Assembly: GCA_041753035.1 (NCBI GenBank)
Contig: JBGSVI010000091.1
Coordinates: 22,148-86,147 of the forward strand
Length of the DNA stretch: 64,000 nucleotides
From: Anaerolineales bacterium
GTDB lineage: Bacteria; Chloroflexota; Anaerolineae; Anaerolineales; Villigracilaceae
Direction of reading: 5' to 3'
The position numbers were made by a program, and so were the translations under genes. The notes below the pieces were generated by a model. That model did not search any database. It was not told the DNA's origin and saw only the letters and a program-made list of their open reading frames with translations. Positions 28,415 through 37,469 of the stretch are shown here, piece by piece (within the stretch, counting starts at the first letter, position 1; every line of letters begins with the position of its first letter).

Positions 28415-30016
28415 ATGATCCACAAACCCTGGCTTGCACAATACGATCCCGGTGTTCCGGAGCATTTGGAATATCCCAAGGTGCCACTCATTCACTTCCT
28501 TGACGAGGGTGCGCGGCTATGCCCGGAGCGCGTCTGCCTTCGATTCGAAGGATTATCATATACCTATGCCCAAATTACTGAACTCGTCGAGCGAGTCGTC
28601 CAAGGGTTGCTGCGGCTGGGAATCCACCCCGGAGAGCGGGTGGGCATCTTCCTGCCCAACTGCCCGGAATTCCTGATCGCCTATTTTGCCATCCAGAAAG
28701 CAGGCGGGACGGTCGTTGCCACCAACCCACTCTACACCCCTCCAGAGATCATCCACCAGGCAAATGACGCCGGTATCAAAACCATTTTCACCTCGGCAAA
28801 ACTATATGAACGGATCAAGATCGCACAAGCACAGACTGGGATCAAACGGGTGATCGTTTCCGGAAGCAGAGAGGTGCAACCGGGAGACATTAAGTTCGAT
28901 GACCTCACCAGCGGGCTGGAACATCTGGCAGAAAACATAACACTACCAGAAGTAAGCTCAGAGGCTGTCGCCCTGATGCAATACACGGGGGGGACAACCG
29001 GCATTGCCAAAGCTGCCGTAGCCCTACACCGCAACCTGGTTGCCAATGTGTTGCAGTTCAAGGCCTGGATGACAACGCTGGAAGAGGAGGAAGAGGTTTT
29101 CCTGCTGGCGCTGCCGGTATATCATATCTACGGGATGGTATGCGGGATGCTGCTGGGGCTGAGGCTGCGCGCCACCCTGGTGATGATCCCCGATCCGCGT
29201 GACATCACCAACCTGATCTCGACCATCGAAGCCCAGCGGGTCACCTTTTTTCCGGCTGCGCCGACCCTCTACAATGCCATCAACAACCACCCCGATGTGG
29301 CTGCCGGGAAGGTGGACCTGACCACGATCAAGGCGTGCATTTCCGGATCGGCAGCGTTGATGGAACAGACCAAGGAAAAATTCGAGAGTTTGACCGGGGG
29401 ACGCATCGTTGAAGGATACGGCTTGTCAGAAGCGCCCACCGCCACCCACTGCAACCCGGTGCGCGGGGAGAACCGTCTTGGTTCGATCGGTCTTCCGCTG
29501 CCCGACGTGGAGGCCAGAATAATCAGCCTGACAGACGGGATAAGTGAACTACAGCCTGGAGAGACGGGTGAACTGGTTATCCGCAGCCCACAGGTGATGC
29601 GGGGATATCACCAAATGCCCGGAGAGACTGCCATCGCCCTGCGAAATGGATGGCTCTACACGGGAGATATCGCCCGCATGGATACCGAGGGGTATTTCTA
29701 CATTGTGGACCGGAAGAAAGACTTGATCAAACCGGGAGGGATGGAAGTCTGGCCACGAGAGGTGGAGGAGGTGATCGCCATGCACCCCAAAGTGAGCGAA
29801 GTGGCGGTGGCAGGTATCCCGGATGAATACCGCGGGGAGACAGTAAAGGCCTGGGTGGTATTGAAAAGCGGTGAAACGATGGAGGGGAGCGAGATCCAGG
29901 CCTGGTGCCGGGAGCGATTAGCGCCTTTCAAAGTTCCTACGCAGGTGGAACTCCGGGATCAATTCCCTAAAACCGCGGTGGGGAAGATCCTCAAGAGGAA
30001 ATTGCTCACTGAATAG
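28415..30016 (+). CDS. Long-chain-fatty-acid--CoA ligase / AMP-dependent synthetase
   Basis: 533 aa with the AMP-binding motifs YTGGTTGIAKA, GYGLSE and YTGDIARMD..GYFYIVDRKKDLI. Confidence 0.9.
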   Translation: MIHKPWLAQYDPGVPEHLEYPKVPLIHFLDEGARLCPERVCLRFEGLSYTYAQITELVERVVQGLLRLGIHPGERVGIFLPNCPEFLIAYFAIQKAGGTVVATNPLYTPPEIIHQANDAGIKTIFTSAKLYERIKIAQAQTGIKRVIVSGSREVQPGDIKFDDLTSGLEHLAENITLPEVSSEAVALMQYTGGTTGIAKAAVALHRNLVANVLQFKAWMTTLEEEEEVFLLALPVYHIYGMVCGMLLGLRLRATLVMIPDPRDITNLISTIEAQRVTFFPAAPTLYNAINNHPDVAAGKVDLTTIKACISGSAALMEQTKEKFESLTGGRIVEGYGLSEAPTATHCNPVRGENRLGSIGLPLPDVEARIISLTDGISELQPGETGELVIRSPQVMRGYHQMPGETAIALRNGWLYTGDIARMDTEGYFYIVDRKKDLIKPGGMEVWPREVEEVIAMHPKVSEVAVAGIPDEYRGETVKAWVVLKSGETMEGSEIQAWCRERLAPFKVPTQVELRDQFPKTAVGKILKRKLLTE

Positions 30017-30017
30017 T

Positions 30018-30048
30018 GAAAGTCCAGCAGTGACTCTGCTGGACTTTC
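30018..30048. terminator. Convergent-gene hairpin between the acyl-CoA ligase and ftsH
   Basis: Perfect 13-bp stem GAAAGTCCAGCAG/CTGCTGGACTTTC with a 5-nt loop. It lacks a strong U-tract on either strand. Confidence 0.5.
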
Positions 30049-30052
30049 AAAC

Positions 30053-31921
30053 TCATGCGGGTTGTGGCGTGCCACTCTTCTTGGGGAAGGGCGGCGGGAA
30101 GATGGCCTCGAACTCCTCGCGGGACAGGTTTTCCACATCAATCAACTTGGTGGCAACAGAATCCAACTGGCTGCGGTACTCACGTAAGATCTTCAAGGCG
30201 GTACCATAGGCATCATCGACAAGTTTCCGCACTTCATTGTCGATCTGTTCGGCGACTGCTTCGGAATAATCGCGCTGCTCGGAAATCTCACGACCGAGGA
30301 ATATGAGCTCTTCCTTTTGCCCATAGACGCGCTGTCCGAGTTCGGGGCTCATGCCCAGGCGGGTGACCATCGTGCGGGCAATGCGGGTGACAGTTTCCAG
30401 GTCGGAGGAAGCTCCGGAGGTGATATCGTCAAAGACGATCTGTTCGGCGGCGCGCCCACCCAGGGAACCGGCCAACTGGGCGATCATCTTCTTGCGAGAC
30501 ATGAGGATACGATCATCCTCGGGGCGATACCAGGTGAGCCCGCCAGCCTGCCCGCGACCAACGATGGTGATCTTTTGGACCGGGTCGGCTTCCGGGATGG
30601 CATTCATGACCACGGCATGACCAGCCTCGTGGTAGGAAATGATACGCTTCTCCTCGGCACTGATGAGGCGTGATTTCCGTTCCGGTCCCATGACCACGCG
30701 CTCAATGGCTTCTTCCAACTCGCCCTGGCTGATGGCCTTCTTGTTGCGGCGGGCAGCCAGGATGGCGCCTTCATTGACAAGGTTCTCCAGGTCAGCACCG
30801 ACAAAACCAGGTGTGCCGCGGGCGATCGAAGCCAGGTCCACGGATGGCTCAAGAGGTTTCCCACGGGCATGAACTTTGAGGATCGCCTCGCGGCCATGCA
30901 TATCAGGGCGGTCGAGGGTGACACGGCGGTCAAAACGTCCGGGACGCAACAAGGCTGGATCGAGAATATCGGGACGGTTGGTGGCGGCAATGATGATCAC
31001 GTTCGTATCGGTATTGAAGCCATCCATTTCAACCAGCATCTGGTTGAGGGTCTGCTCACGCTCGTCATGCGAGCCGCCCAATCCGGCACCGCGCTGACGA
31101 CCGACGGCATCGATCTCGTCCATGAAGACAATACAGGGAGAGTGACGCTTGGCCTGTTCAAAGAGGTCACGGACGCGCGAAGCGCCCACACCGACGAACA
31201 TTTCCACAAACTCTGAACCGGAAATGGAGAAGAACGGTACGCCTGCTTCCCCTGAGACGGCCTTGGCAAGCAGGGTTTTGCCTGTTCCGGGAGGCCCAAC
31301 CAGGAGTACGCCCTTGGGAATGCGGGCGCCCAACTGGATGAATTTCTGTGGTTCCTTAAGGAATTCCACCACCTCGCGCAGTTCCTCTTTGGACTCGTCC
31401 ACACCAGCGACATCGTCAAACGTCACCGTTGGGTGTTCTCCGGAGAACATGCGTGCCTTTGACTTGCCAAAGGCCATGGCGGCATTGTTGCTGCCCTGTG
31501 CCTGGCGGAAGATGAACCAGAACATGAAACCGAGGAACAGGATGGGCAGGAAATAACTGGCCAGGGTAAGGATACCGTTCCACGGGCTGGGCGGGTTGGC
31601 TTCGATCTTGATGAGTTCCGGAGATAACTTCTCTGGAGAAACACCCAGGGCAAGCAATTGGGAAACAAGGGTTGTTTCCGGTTCCTTGTAGGCTTTTTGC
31701 TCGATCGGGGTGCCCCCATCCCCGGTGGCGATCACCAGCAGGCTATTATCATCATTGACTTCAATGCGCTGTACCGTCCCAGTTTCCACCAGGCTGGCAA
31801 GTTCATTGATCGACAGGGGACCTTCCCCGTCAGAATTCCGATTAACGTTAAAATAGATCATTGCGACGATCGCAATGCCAAGTAAGAGATAGATAAAAAT
31901 CGATTGGTTGCGTGAATTCAC
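30053..31921 (-). CDS. ftsH: ATP-dependent zinc metalloprotease FtsH
   Basis: 622 aa with a GTG start and AGGAGG 6 nt upstream. Two TM helices, Walker A GPPGTGKT, the SRH region and the zinc motif HEAGHA. Confidence 0.95.
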   Translation of the reverse strand: MNSRNQSIFIYLLLGIAIVAMIYFNVNRNSDGEGPLSINELASLVETGTVQRIEVNDDNSLLVIATGDGGTPIEQKAYKEPETTLVSQLLALGVSPEKLSPELIKIEANPPSPWNGILTLASYFLPILFLGFMFWFIFRQAQGSNNAAMAFGKSKARMFSGEHPTVTFDDVAGVDESKEELREVVEFLKEPQKFIQLGARIPKGVLLVGPPGTGKTLLAKAVSGEAGVPFFSISGSEFVEMFVGVGASRVRDLFEQAKRHSPCIVFMDEIDAVGRQRGAGLGGSHDEREQTLNQMLVEMDGFNTDTNVIIIAATNRPDILDPALLRPGRFDRRVTLDRPDMHGREAILKVHARGKPLEPSVDLASIARGTPGFVGADLENLVNEGAILAARRNKKAISQGELEEAIERVVMGPERKSRLISAEEKRIISYHEAGHAVVMNAIPEADPVQKITIVGRGQAGGLTWYRPEDDRILMSRKKMIAQLAGSLGGRAAEQIVFDDITSGASSDLETVTRIARTMVTRLGMSPELGQRVYGQKEELIFLGREISEQRDYSEAVAEQIDNEVRKLVDDAYGTALKILREYRSQLDSVATKLIDVENLSREEFEAIFPPPFPKKSGTPQPA

Positions 31922-31947
31922 TCAGACCTCCTATAGATGCAGGAGCG

Positions 31948-31956
31948 ATTATACCA
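31948..31956 (-). promoter_or_regulatory. Extended -10 element TGgTATAAT upstream of ftsH
   Basis: The minus strand reads gatTGGTATAATcgctcc, ~25 nt upstream of the GTG start. Confidence 0.4.
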
Positions 31957-32138
31957 ATCTCCCCAAGCCTGTGCCACCCAAGCGCACAGTTCATATGATT
32001 TTCTTACATACCCTGCATAGCAGACTGGAATATCCCCGGAGAGCATAAAACTGCTACGCTACTGCGCAATCGTGCATGCATGTAAGAACAGGTTGATCCT
32101 GCTGCAATCAAATCATAATTTTCCCGGAAATGCTTTTG

Positions 32139-32147
32139 TGGTAAACT
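32139..32147 (+). promoter_or_regulatory. Extended -10-like element TGgTAAACT upstream of the receiver gene
   Basis: The sequence is tttgTGGTAAACTtc, 23 nt upstream of the ATG. This is a weaker hexamer. Confidence 0.25.
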
Positions 32148-32169
32148 TCAATCGTTCAGGAAAATAAAC

Positions 32170-32574
32170 ATGACAGATACCCCCAACAAACACATTTTGT
32201 GCATTGAAGATGAACCAGAAATGATCGAATTGATCCGGCTCATTCTGGCGCGGCGCGGATTCGAGGTGTCTGGCGCCAACAGTGGCAAAGAAGGCCTGGA
32301 GATCATGCATAAGAAACAACCAGACCTGGTGCTGCTTGACCTGATGATGCCAGATATGGACGGCTGGGAAGTCTATCAACAAATGAAAGCGAATGAAGAA
32401 ACCAAGAACATCCCCGTGATCGTGGTAACTGCCAAGGCGCAGAGCATTGATAAGGTTCTCGGCCTTCACATTGCGAAAGTAGATGATTACATCGCCAAAC
32501 CATTCAGTCCACAGGACCTGATGAACAGTGTGGATAAGGTACTGGAGAAAAAGAGAAATCCCGGAGGGGAGTGA
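32170..32574 (+). CDS. Stand-alone response-regulator receiver domain protein
   Basis: 134 aa with IEDE, LVLLDLMMPDMDG, VVTA and AKPF signature positions. No output domain. Confidence 0.85.
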   Translation: MTDTPNKHILCIEDEPEMIELIRLILARRGFEVSGANSGKEGLEIMHKKQPDLVLLDLMMPDMDGWEVYQQMKANEETKNIPVIVVTAKAQSIDKVLGLHIAKVDDYIAKPFSPQDLMNSVDKVLEKKRNPGGE

Positions 32575-32576
32575 GC

Positions 32577-32610
32577 GAACGGGGCGACATCAACGCCCCG
32601 TTCTTCTTAT
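32577..32610 (+). terminator. Rho-independent terminator after the receiver gene
   Basis: 10-bp stem GAACGGGGCG/CGCCCCGTTC with a 7-nt loop, followed by the T-rich ttcttcttatatt. Confidence 0.6.
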
Positions 32611-32613
32611 ATT

Positions 32614-32997
32614 ATGAACACCGTCCACATCCAAAACAAGGACAACCCACTAGCTCAACCCCTGCAGGCAGGTTACTGCGCCAGTTTCCTGTGTCGTTTG
32701 CGCGGGTTGATGTTCCGCAACAACCTGGCTCCGCATGAAGGGCTGCTGCTGGTACAGAAACGCGCCAGTAGGATGGATGCTTCAATTCATATGCTGTTCG
32801 TTTTCATGGACCTGGGGGTGGTGTGGATCAATGGGGACGGGCAGGTTGTAGACACCATCCTGGCGCGAGCCTGGAGACCAGCCTATACTCCAAAGGCAGC
32901 CGCTCAGTATATCCTAGAAATCAATCCTGATCGGCTGACCGATTTCCGGATCGGGGAGCAAGTGGAATTCATCCATGATCAAACGCATCTTCCTTAG
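32614..32997 (+). CDS. DUF192 domain protein
   Basis: 127 aa with the GLMFR...L....GLL pattern and MDL.VVWI..DG.VVD typical of DUF192. Confidence 0.7.
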   Translation: MNTVHIQNKDNPLAQPLQAGYCASFLCRLRGLMFRNNLAPHEGLLLVQKRASRMDASIHMLFVFMDLGVVWINGDGQVVDTILARAWRPAYTPKAAAQYILEINPDRLTDFRIGEQVEFIHDQTHLP

Positions 32998-34387
32998 CCT
33001 CAGCCTGTGCCTTCTCCTGCTGACGGTACGCCCTGCAGCAGCGCAGACCACTGACCCACCTCCCGGACCGGTATATATCGTGCAGGCAGGGGATTCCCTG
33101 TGGGCAATCGCCGTGCGTTTCAACGTCAGCCTCACCGAGCTAAAAAGCTATAACAACCTGTTGAGCGAGGATATTTTCATCGGCAGCAGGCTGGTCATCC
33201 CCGGCATGGAGGACATGAGCGGTATCCTGGCCACGGAGACAGTGGCACTGGGAGAAACCCTGCGCAGCCTAAGCCGCCAGCAGAATATCGACCCAGAACT
33301 GGTGATGCGCTTGAACAGGATCGTCAGCCCGGCAGAACTCTACACCGGATATGAACTGATCCTGCTCGAACAGGAAGGCGAAACTCCGCCAAATGGAAGC
33401 GACACCCTGAAACCAGGCGAGACGCTCCTGGAACTTGCCATCCGTCAAGGGACAACACCCTGGAGCATCGCCAGCGCCAACAAGGTGGGGGTGGCAGTCA
33501 CGGCGCTGCCGGGAGATTATCTCTCCATCCCAAACGGAAAGAGCGATGCCGCAAGTCGAGGATTCCCGCCAGCGATCGCCAGTCTTTCGCTGAGTCCCCT
33601 GCCCATCACCCAGGGACAAACTGTGCAGATCAGCCTGACCCTGAACCAGGAAACCACCCCTGGTGGATTTTTAGTGGATCATCCCCTGCATTTCTTTTCC
33701 GAAGAGGCTGGGACTTGGATTGCACTGCAGGGAGTGCATGCCATGCTGGACCCCGGCTTATATCCGCTGCGGATCGACCTGAATTTGCCGGACGGAACCA
33801 GCCAATCCTTTGAACAGATGGTACTGGTTGGCGACGGGTACTTCCGCCAGGACCCGCTGCTGGTGGTGGACCCCTACACCATCGACCCGGCGGTGACAGA
33901 GCCGGAAAACGAGATGCTGTATGCGCTGGTGGCTCCAGCCATCCCGCAAAGATACTGGCAGGGCATGTTCCGCCTTCCCGTGGACGAGTACTTCTGCGTT
34001 CGCTCCATGTACGGGAACCGCAGATCTTACAACGGGAGTGATTTCATTTATTTTCATTCAGGTGTGGATTATGGCATCTGTTCCGAGAGTCACCCCTATG
34101 ATATCTACGCACCTGCAGCCGGAGTGGTGATCTTCACGGGGCTGCTGGCCGTGCGCGGGAATGCGACCGTCATCGACCACGGCTGGGGAATCTATACGGG
34201 GTACTGGCATCAGGAGGAGATCTACGTGCAGGCTGGAGACCGGGTGGAAGCCGGTCAGTTGATCGGCATGATCGGGGGAACCGGCCGCGCCACTGGACCG
34301 CACCTGCATTGGGAAGTGTGGGCGAACGGGGTACAGGTGAACCCACTGCAATGGCTGGATGAAGTATTTCCCATCCAAAATCCATGA
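32975..34387 (+). CDS. Secreted LysM-domain M23 family metallopeptidase
   Basis: 470 aa. Signal peptide, LysM (YIVQAGDSLWAIAVRFNVSLTELKSYN), and M23 motifs HSGVDYG and GPHLHWEV. Confidence 0.85.
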   Translation: MIKRIFLSLSLCLLLLTVRPAAAQTTDPPPGPVYIVQAGDSLWAIAVRFNVSLTELKSYNNLLSEDIFIGSRLVIPGMEDMSGILATETVALGETLRSLSRQQNIDPELVMRLNRIVSPAELYTGYELILLEQEGETPPNGSDTLKPGETLLELAIRQGTTPWSIASANKVGVAVTALPGDYLSIPNGKSDAASRGFPPAIASLSLSPLPITQGQTVQISLTLNQETTPGGFLVDHPLHFFSEEAGTWIALQGVHAMLDPGLYPLRIDLNLPDGTSQSFEQMVLVGDGYFRQDPLLVVDPYTIDPAVTEPENEMLYALVAPAIPQRYWQGMFRLPVDEYFCVRSMYGNRRSYNGSDFIYFHSGVDYGICSESHPYDIYAPAAGVVIFTGLLAVRGNATVIDHGWGIYTGYWHQEEIYVQAGDRVEAGQLIGMIGGTGRATGPHLHWEVWANGVQVNPLQWLDEVFPIQNP

Positions 34388-34400
34388 TCACTATGTAACC

Positions 34401-34429
34401 AAAAACAGGCTGGTTGACAGCCCGTTTTT
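34401..34429. terminator. Bidirectional terminator-like hairpin between convergent genes
   Basis: The sequence is aaaaacaggctg-gttgac-agcccgttttt. There is one A-C mismatch on the plus strand, which becomes G-U on the minus strand. A/T runs flank both sides. Confidence 0.5.
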
Positions 34430-34447
34430 GGTTTTTGAAAATTCAAG

Positions 34448-34828
34448 TTATTTCACCAATACTTGGCGAACCTGGGGGAGTTCCAACAACCAAAGCATGA
34501 AAACCGACCAGAGCATGCCAATCACCGAGAACACCAGGTAGAGACCATCGAACGTGGAGGTCTCTGTGGTCTGAGGAAAGAGCATCAAGAGACGGCTGAT
34601 GATGTTGAAGCCATGAGAAAAAGCCACCAGGTAGATCGGCCAGCGGGCATTCGATTTGCGAATGATCTGGATACTGCCGATGAGGGTCATCAACACCAGG
34701 ATTACAGGAAGCCACCATTTTTGGGAGGTCAACTGAAAGACAGAAGGAGGAAACAGAACCAGAGGAATGATCTGAACGATCAACAGCGCATACAAGAACC
34801 TTGTGTTGCTAAAGATGGGATTCTTCAT
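34448..34828 (-). CDS. Hypothetical 4-TM membrane protein
   Basis: 126 aa, strongly hydrophobic. No family recognised. Confidence 0.5.
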   Translation of the reverse strand: MKNPIFSNTRFLYALLIVQIIPLVLFPPSVFQLTSQKWWLPVILVLMTLIGSIQIIRKSNARWPIYLVAFSHGFNIISRLLMLFPQTTETSTFDGLYLVFSVIGMLWSVFMLWLLELPQVRQVLVK

Positions 34829-34949
34829 TTTGGGGATCAGCCTTTCCTCGTGAAGTAATTGCCAGATATTAACGCTGATTGGATTTTATTCACAACCCAG
34901 ATTTTGTCAAGCACCAGGATATCATGCTTGTTTCAGTGGGATTTTTCAC

Positions 34950-34978
34950 TTGACAAATTCACGGTATCCAACTATATT
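34950..34978 (+). promoter_or_regulatory. Sigma70-like promoter TTGACA-17 nt-TATATT for the Liv-type ABC operon
   Basis: TTGACA at 34950-34955, an exact 17-nt spacer and TATATT at 34973-34978. It predicts a ~138-nt leader. Confidence 0.5.
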
Positions 34979-35122
34979 TTTCAACATCCTTTAATCCAAG
35001 GAGGTGGTAGGTCAGAACAAGGCAGAACAACTGTCCGTACATCCCTGCCATCAGGGAGGCATTTGGCGCGTGCCAGATGTTGAATTTTGTTTGTCCAAAC
35101 ATTCCCGGAGGAGAAATATAAT

Positions 35123-36256
35123 ATGAAGTCATTCAAGCTATTGAGTGTGCTGGTCGCCAGCGTCATGCTGCTTGCGGCATGCGGTGGCGGCGGCGGTGGT
35201 GAACTGAAGATCGCCATCCTAGCCCCGCTTTCTGGTGCAGTTCCGACATTTGGCGAAATGACCCGCGACGGCGCATTGCTGGCCATTGAAGAGTGGAATG
35301 CCAATGGCGGCGTTCTCGGCATGACCATCGTCCCGATCGTTGAGGACAGCCAGTGCACGCCTGACCCGGCAGTCAACGCGGCCAACAAGGTCGTCAACCA
35401 GGACGGCGTTCACTATATCATTGGTGAAGTTTGCTCGAAGGCTTCCATTCCGATCTCTGAGATCGCGAACGCAGCCAAGGTTATCCAGATCAGCCCCACC
35501 TCCACCAACCCAAGTGTGACCGTGGATGGCAATGGCGTCACCAAGAACTACATCTACCGCGCCTGCTTCATCGACCCGTTCCAGGGTTTGGTCGGCGCCA
35601 AATTCGCCTATGAGAACCTGGGCGCCCGCAAGGCGTTCCTGATGATCGACCAGGCGAATGACTATGTGGTTGGCCTGGCGGCTGCCTTCAAGACCTCCTT
35701 CACCGAGCTCGGCGGCACGATCGCCGGCGAGGCTTCCTATACCGCCAACGACACCGATTTCTCGGCCATCCTGGCCCAGATCAACGATGCACAGCCTGAC
35801 CTCGTCTATCTGCCTGACTACTACAACATCGTCAACCTGGTCACCCAGCAGGCCAAAGACAAGGGCATGAATATCCCGTTCATCGGTGGTGATGGTTGGG
35901 ATTCGTCCGACCTGAACCTGACCGCGGCAGCGGGTGGTTATTTCACCAACCACTATTCCCCCGAAGATCCCCGCCCCGAAGTTCAGAATTTCCGCGCGGA
36001 CTTCGAAGCCAAGTACGGCAAGACCCCCGATGCCCTGGCCGCCCTGGCCTATGATGCGACCAACCTGCTCCTGCAAGCGATCAAGAACGCCGGTGCCGAT
36101 GACACTGATAAAGTGGTCACCGAACTGAACAAGATCCAGTTCGCCGCTGTCTCCGGCCTGATCACATTTGACGACCAGCACAACCCCATCAAGTCGGCCA
36201 CGATCCTGAAAGTGACGACCGAAGGGGTCAAGTTTGAAGCGCTCGTCAATCCCTAA
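35123..36256 (+). CDS. Branched-chain amino acid (Leu/Ile/Val-type) ABC transporter substrate-binding lipoprotein
   Basis: The ATG at 35123 follows GGAGGAG. Lipobox LLAAC followed by a Gly run. Peripla_BP_6-like colinearity (KIAILAPLSGAVPTFG...). Confidence 0.9.
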   Translation: MKSFKLLSVLVASVMLLAACGGGGGGELKIAILAPLSGAVPTFGEMTRDGALLAIEEWNANGGVLGMTIVPIVEDSQCTPDPAVNAANKVVNQDGVHYIIGEVCSKASIPISEIANAAKVIQISPTSTNPSVTVDGNGVTKNYIYRACFIDPFQGLVGAKFAYENLGARKAFLMIDQANDYVVGLAAAFKTSFTELGGTIAGEASYTANDTDFSAILAQINDAQPDLVYLPDYYNIVNLVTQQAKDKGMNIPFIGGDGWDSSDLNLTAAAGGYFTNHYSPEDPRPEVQNFRADFEAKYGKTPDALAALAYDATNLLLQAIKNAGADDTDKVVTELNKIQFAAVSGLITFDDQHNPIKSATILKVTTEGVKFEALVNP

Positions 36257-36337
36257 ACCCTGATGCATAAAATGGGGCAGCCCCTGCGGCTGCCCCATCT
36301 TTTCATATCTGAACTTCCTAGTAGGAGGATGCCTCCG

Positions 36338-37462
36338 ATGCAAATTGAAGCCAGACCCAAAAAACCGCCGATCATCGTCGCAAAAAATTCCTTCCTTGCC
36401 TGGATAGGAAAATCATCCATTATCCTGCTTGCCCTGGTTGTAGGCTATATCCTGATCCAGAATTTGTTCGATAAACCCAACCTCTTTCTCCAGAACGTGA
36501 TCAACGGCTTGCAACTTGGATTTGTTTATGCATTGATCGCCCTGGGCTACACGATGGTCTACGGGATCGTCAAGTTGATCAACTTCGCCCATGGGGACGT
36601 GTTCATGGTGGGCGCATTTGTCAGTTTCTTTGCCATCGACCGATTCAATCTTCACCAGTGGCCCTTGAAAGTTTTTCCGGGGATCGGTGAGAGCCTTGGG
36701 CTGACGATCGGCACCAGCACAACCATCCTGATAAGCATGATCGTGTGCGTAGCCCTGGCAGTGACCATCGAACGAGTGGCTTACAAACCACTGCGCGATG
36801 CACCACGCATCGCGGCGCTGATCACCGCAATCGGTGTTTCCTTTTTCCTTGAATATTTCGGGCTATTGAACTTTGTTTTCTCTGCCCGTTTTGTCCCCTA
36901 CACGCGCCCCTTTAAAGTGGTCACCTGGTATTTTCAGAGCGGGATCCACAAACTTGCTCCGGGCGAATCACCACCAGAAGGAGCAGTCACTGCATCCAAC
37001 ATCCTGATCATCATCATCCTGGCGACATTGGCAGTGATGCTGTTCCTGCAATTCCTGGTACGCAGGACCAAGATCGGCATTGCCATGCGGGCGACATCCT
37101 TCGACAAGCCCACCGCCCGCTTGATGGGCATCCAGGTGGACCGGGTGATCTCCTTCACCTTTGCGATTGGTGCCGCCTTCGCCGCCCTGGGGGGCGTGCT
37201 GTATGCCATCGCCTACCCGTCCATCCGGACGCTGATGGGGGTCTATCCCGGTCTGAAAGCGTTTGTTGCAGCTGTCCTGGGCGGGATCGGCAGTATTCCC
37301 GGCGCGTTCGTGGGAGCGTTGATCATGGGGCAGGCTGAATCGATGGCAGCAAGTTATATATCAACCCCCATGCGCGACGCAATCGCCTTCAGCATCCTCA
37401 TCATCGTCCTGCTTGTCCGCCCAACGGGCATCTTCGGCGAACCAGAACAAGAAAAGGCCTGA
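36338..37462 (+). CDS. livH: Branched-chain amino acid ABC transporter permease (LivH type)
   Basis: The ATG at 36338 follows AGGAGG. Blocks G..LG.+YALIALGYTMVYG and INFAHGD. The fold is polytopic. Confidence 0.85.
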   Translation: MQIEARPKKPPIIVAKNSFLAWIGKSSIILLALVVGYILIQNLFDKPNLFLQNVINGLQLGFVYALIALGYTMVYGIVKLINFAHGDVFMVGAFVSFFAIDRFNLHQWPLKVFPGIGESLGLTIGTSTTILISMIVCVALAVTIERVAYKPLRDAPRIAALITAIGVSFFLEYFGLLNFVFSARFVPYTRPFKVVTWYFQSGIHKLAPGESPPEGAVTASNILIIIILATLAVMLFLQFLVRRTKIGIAMRATSFDKPTARLMGIQVDRVISFTFAIGAAFAALGGVLYAIAYPSIRTLMGVYPGLKAFVAAVLGGIGSIPGAFVGALIMGQAESMAASYISTPMRDAIAFSILIIVLLVRPTGIFGEPEQEKA

Positions 37463-37469
37463 GGCAGAC

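Noticed and set aside
32003-32088. A 9-bp inverted repeat ttcttacat...atgtaagaa, ~68 nt apart, in the ftsH/receiver divergent region. It could be a candidate ncRNA or operator.
   Set aside because: The arms are short and AT-rich with a long unstructured spacer. There is no supporting terminator or promoter geometry, so it is not distinguishable from chance.
34859-35083. A 74-aa ORF in the liv leader region as a possible leader peptide.
   Set aside because: It begins upstream of the predicted promoter, has no SD and shows no run of regulatory Leu/Ile/Val codons. I treated the region as an RNA leader instead.
35219-36343. A 374-aa minus-strand ORF fully antisense to the substrate-binding protein gene. 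Similar long antisense ORFs lie at 16449-17867 (opposite lon), 39537-40391 (opposite livF), 42044-42742 (opposite the M14 gene) and 54911-55825 (opposite GH13).
   Set aside because: The sense-strand genes have strong family motifs. The antisense translations are Gly/Arg/Asp/Val-rich low-information sequences of the kind produced by stop-poor reverse frames of GC-rich coding DNA. They have no start context or motifs.
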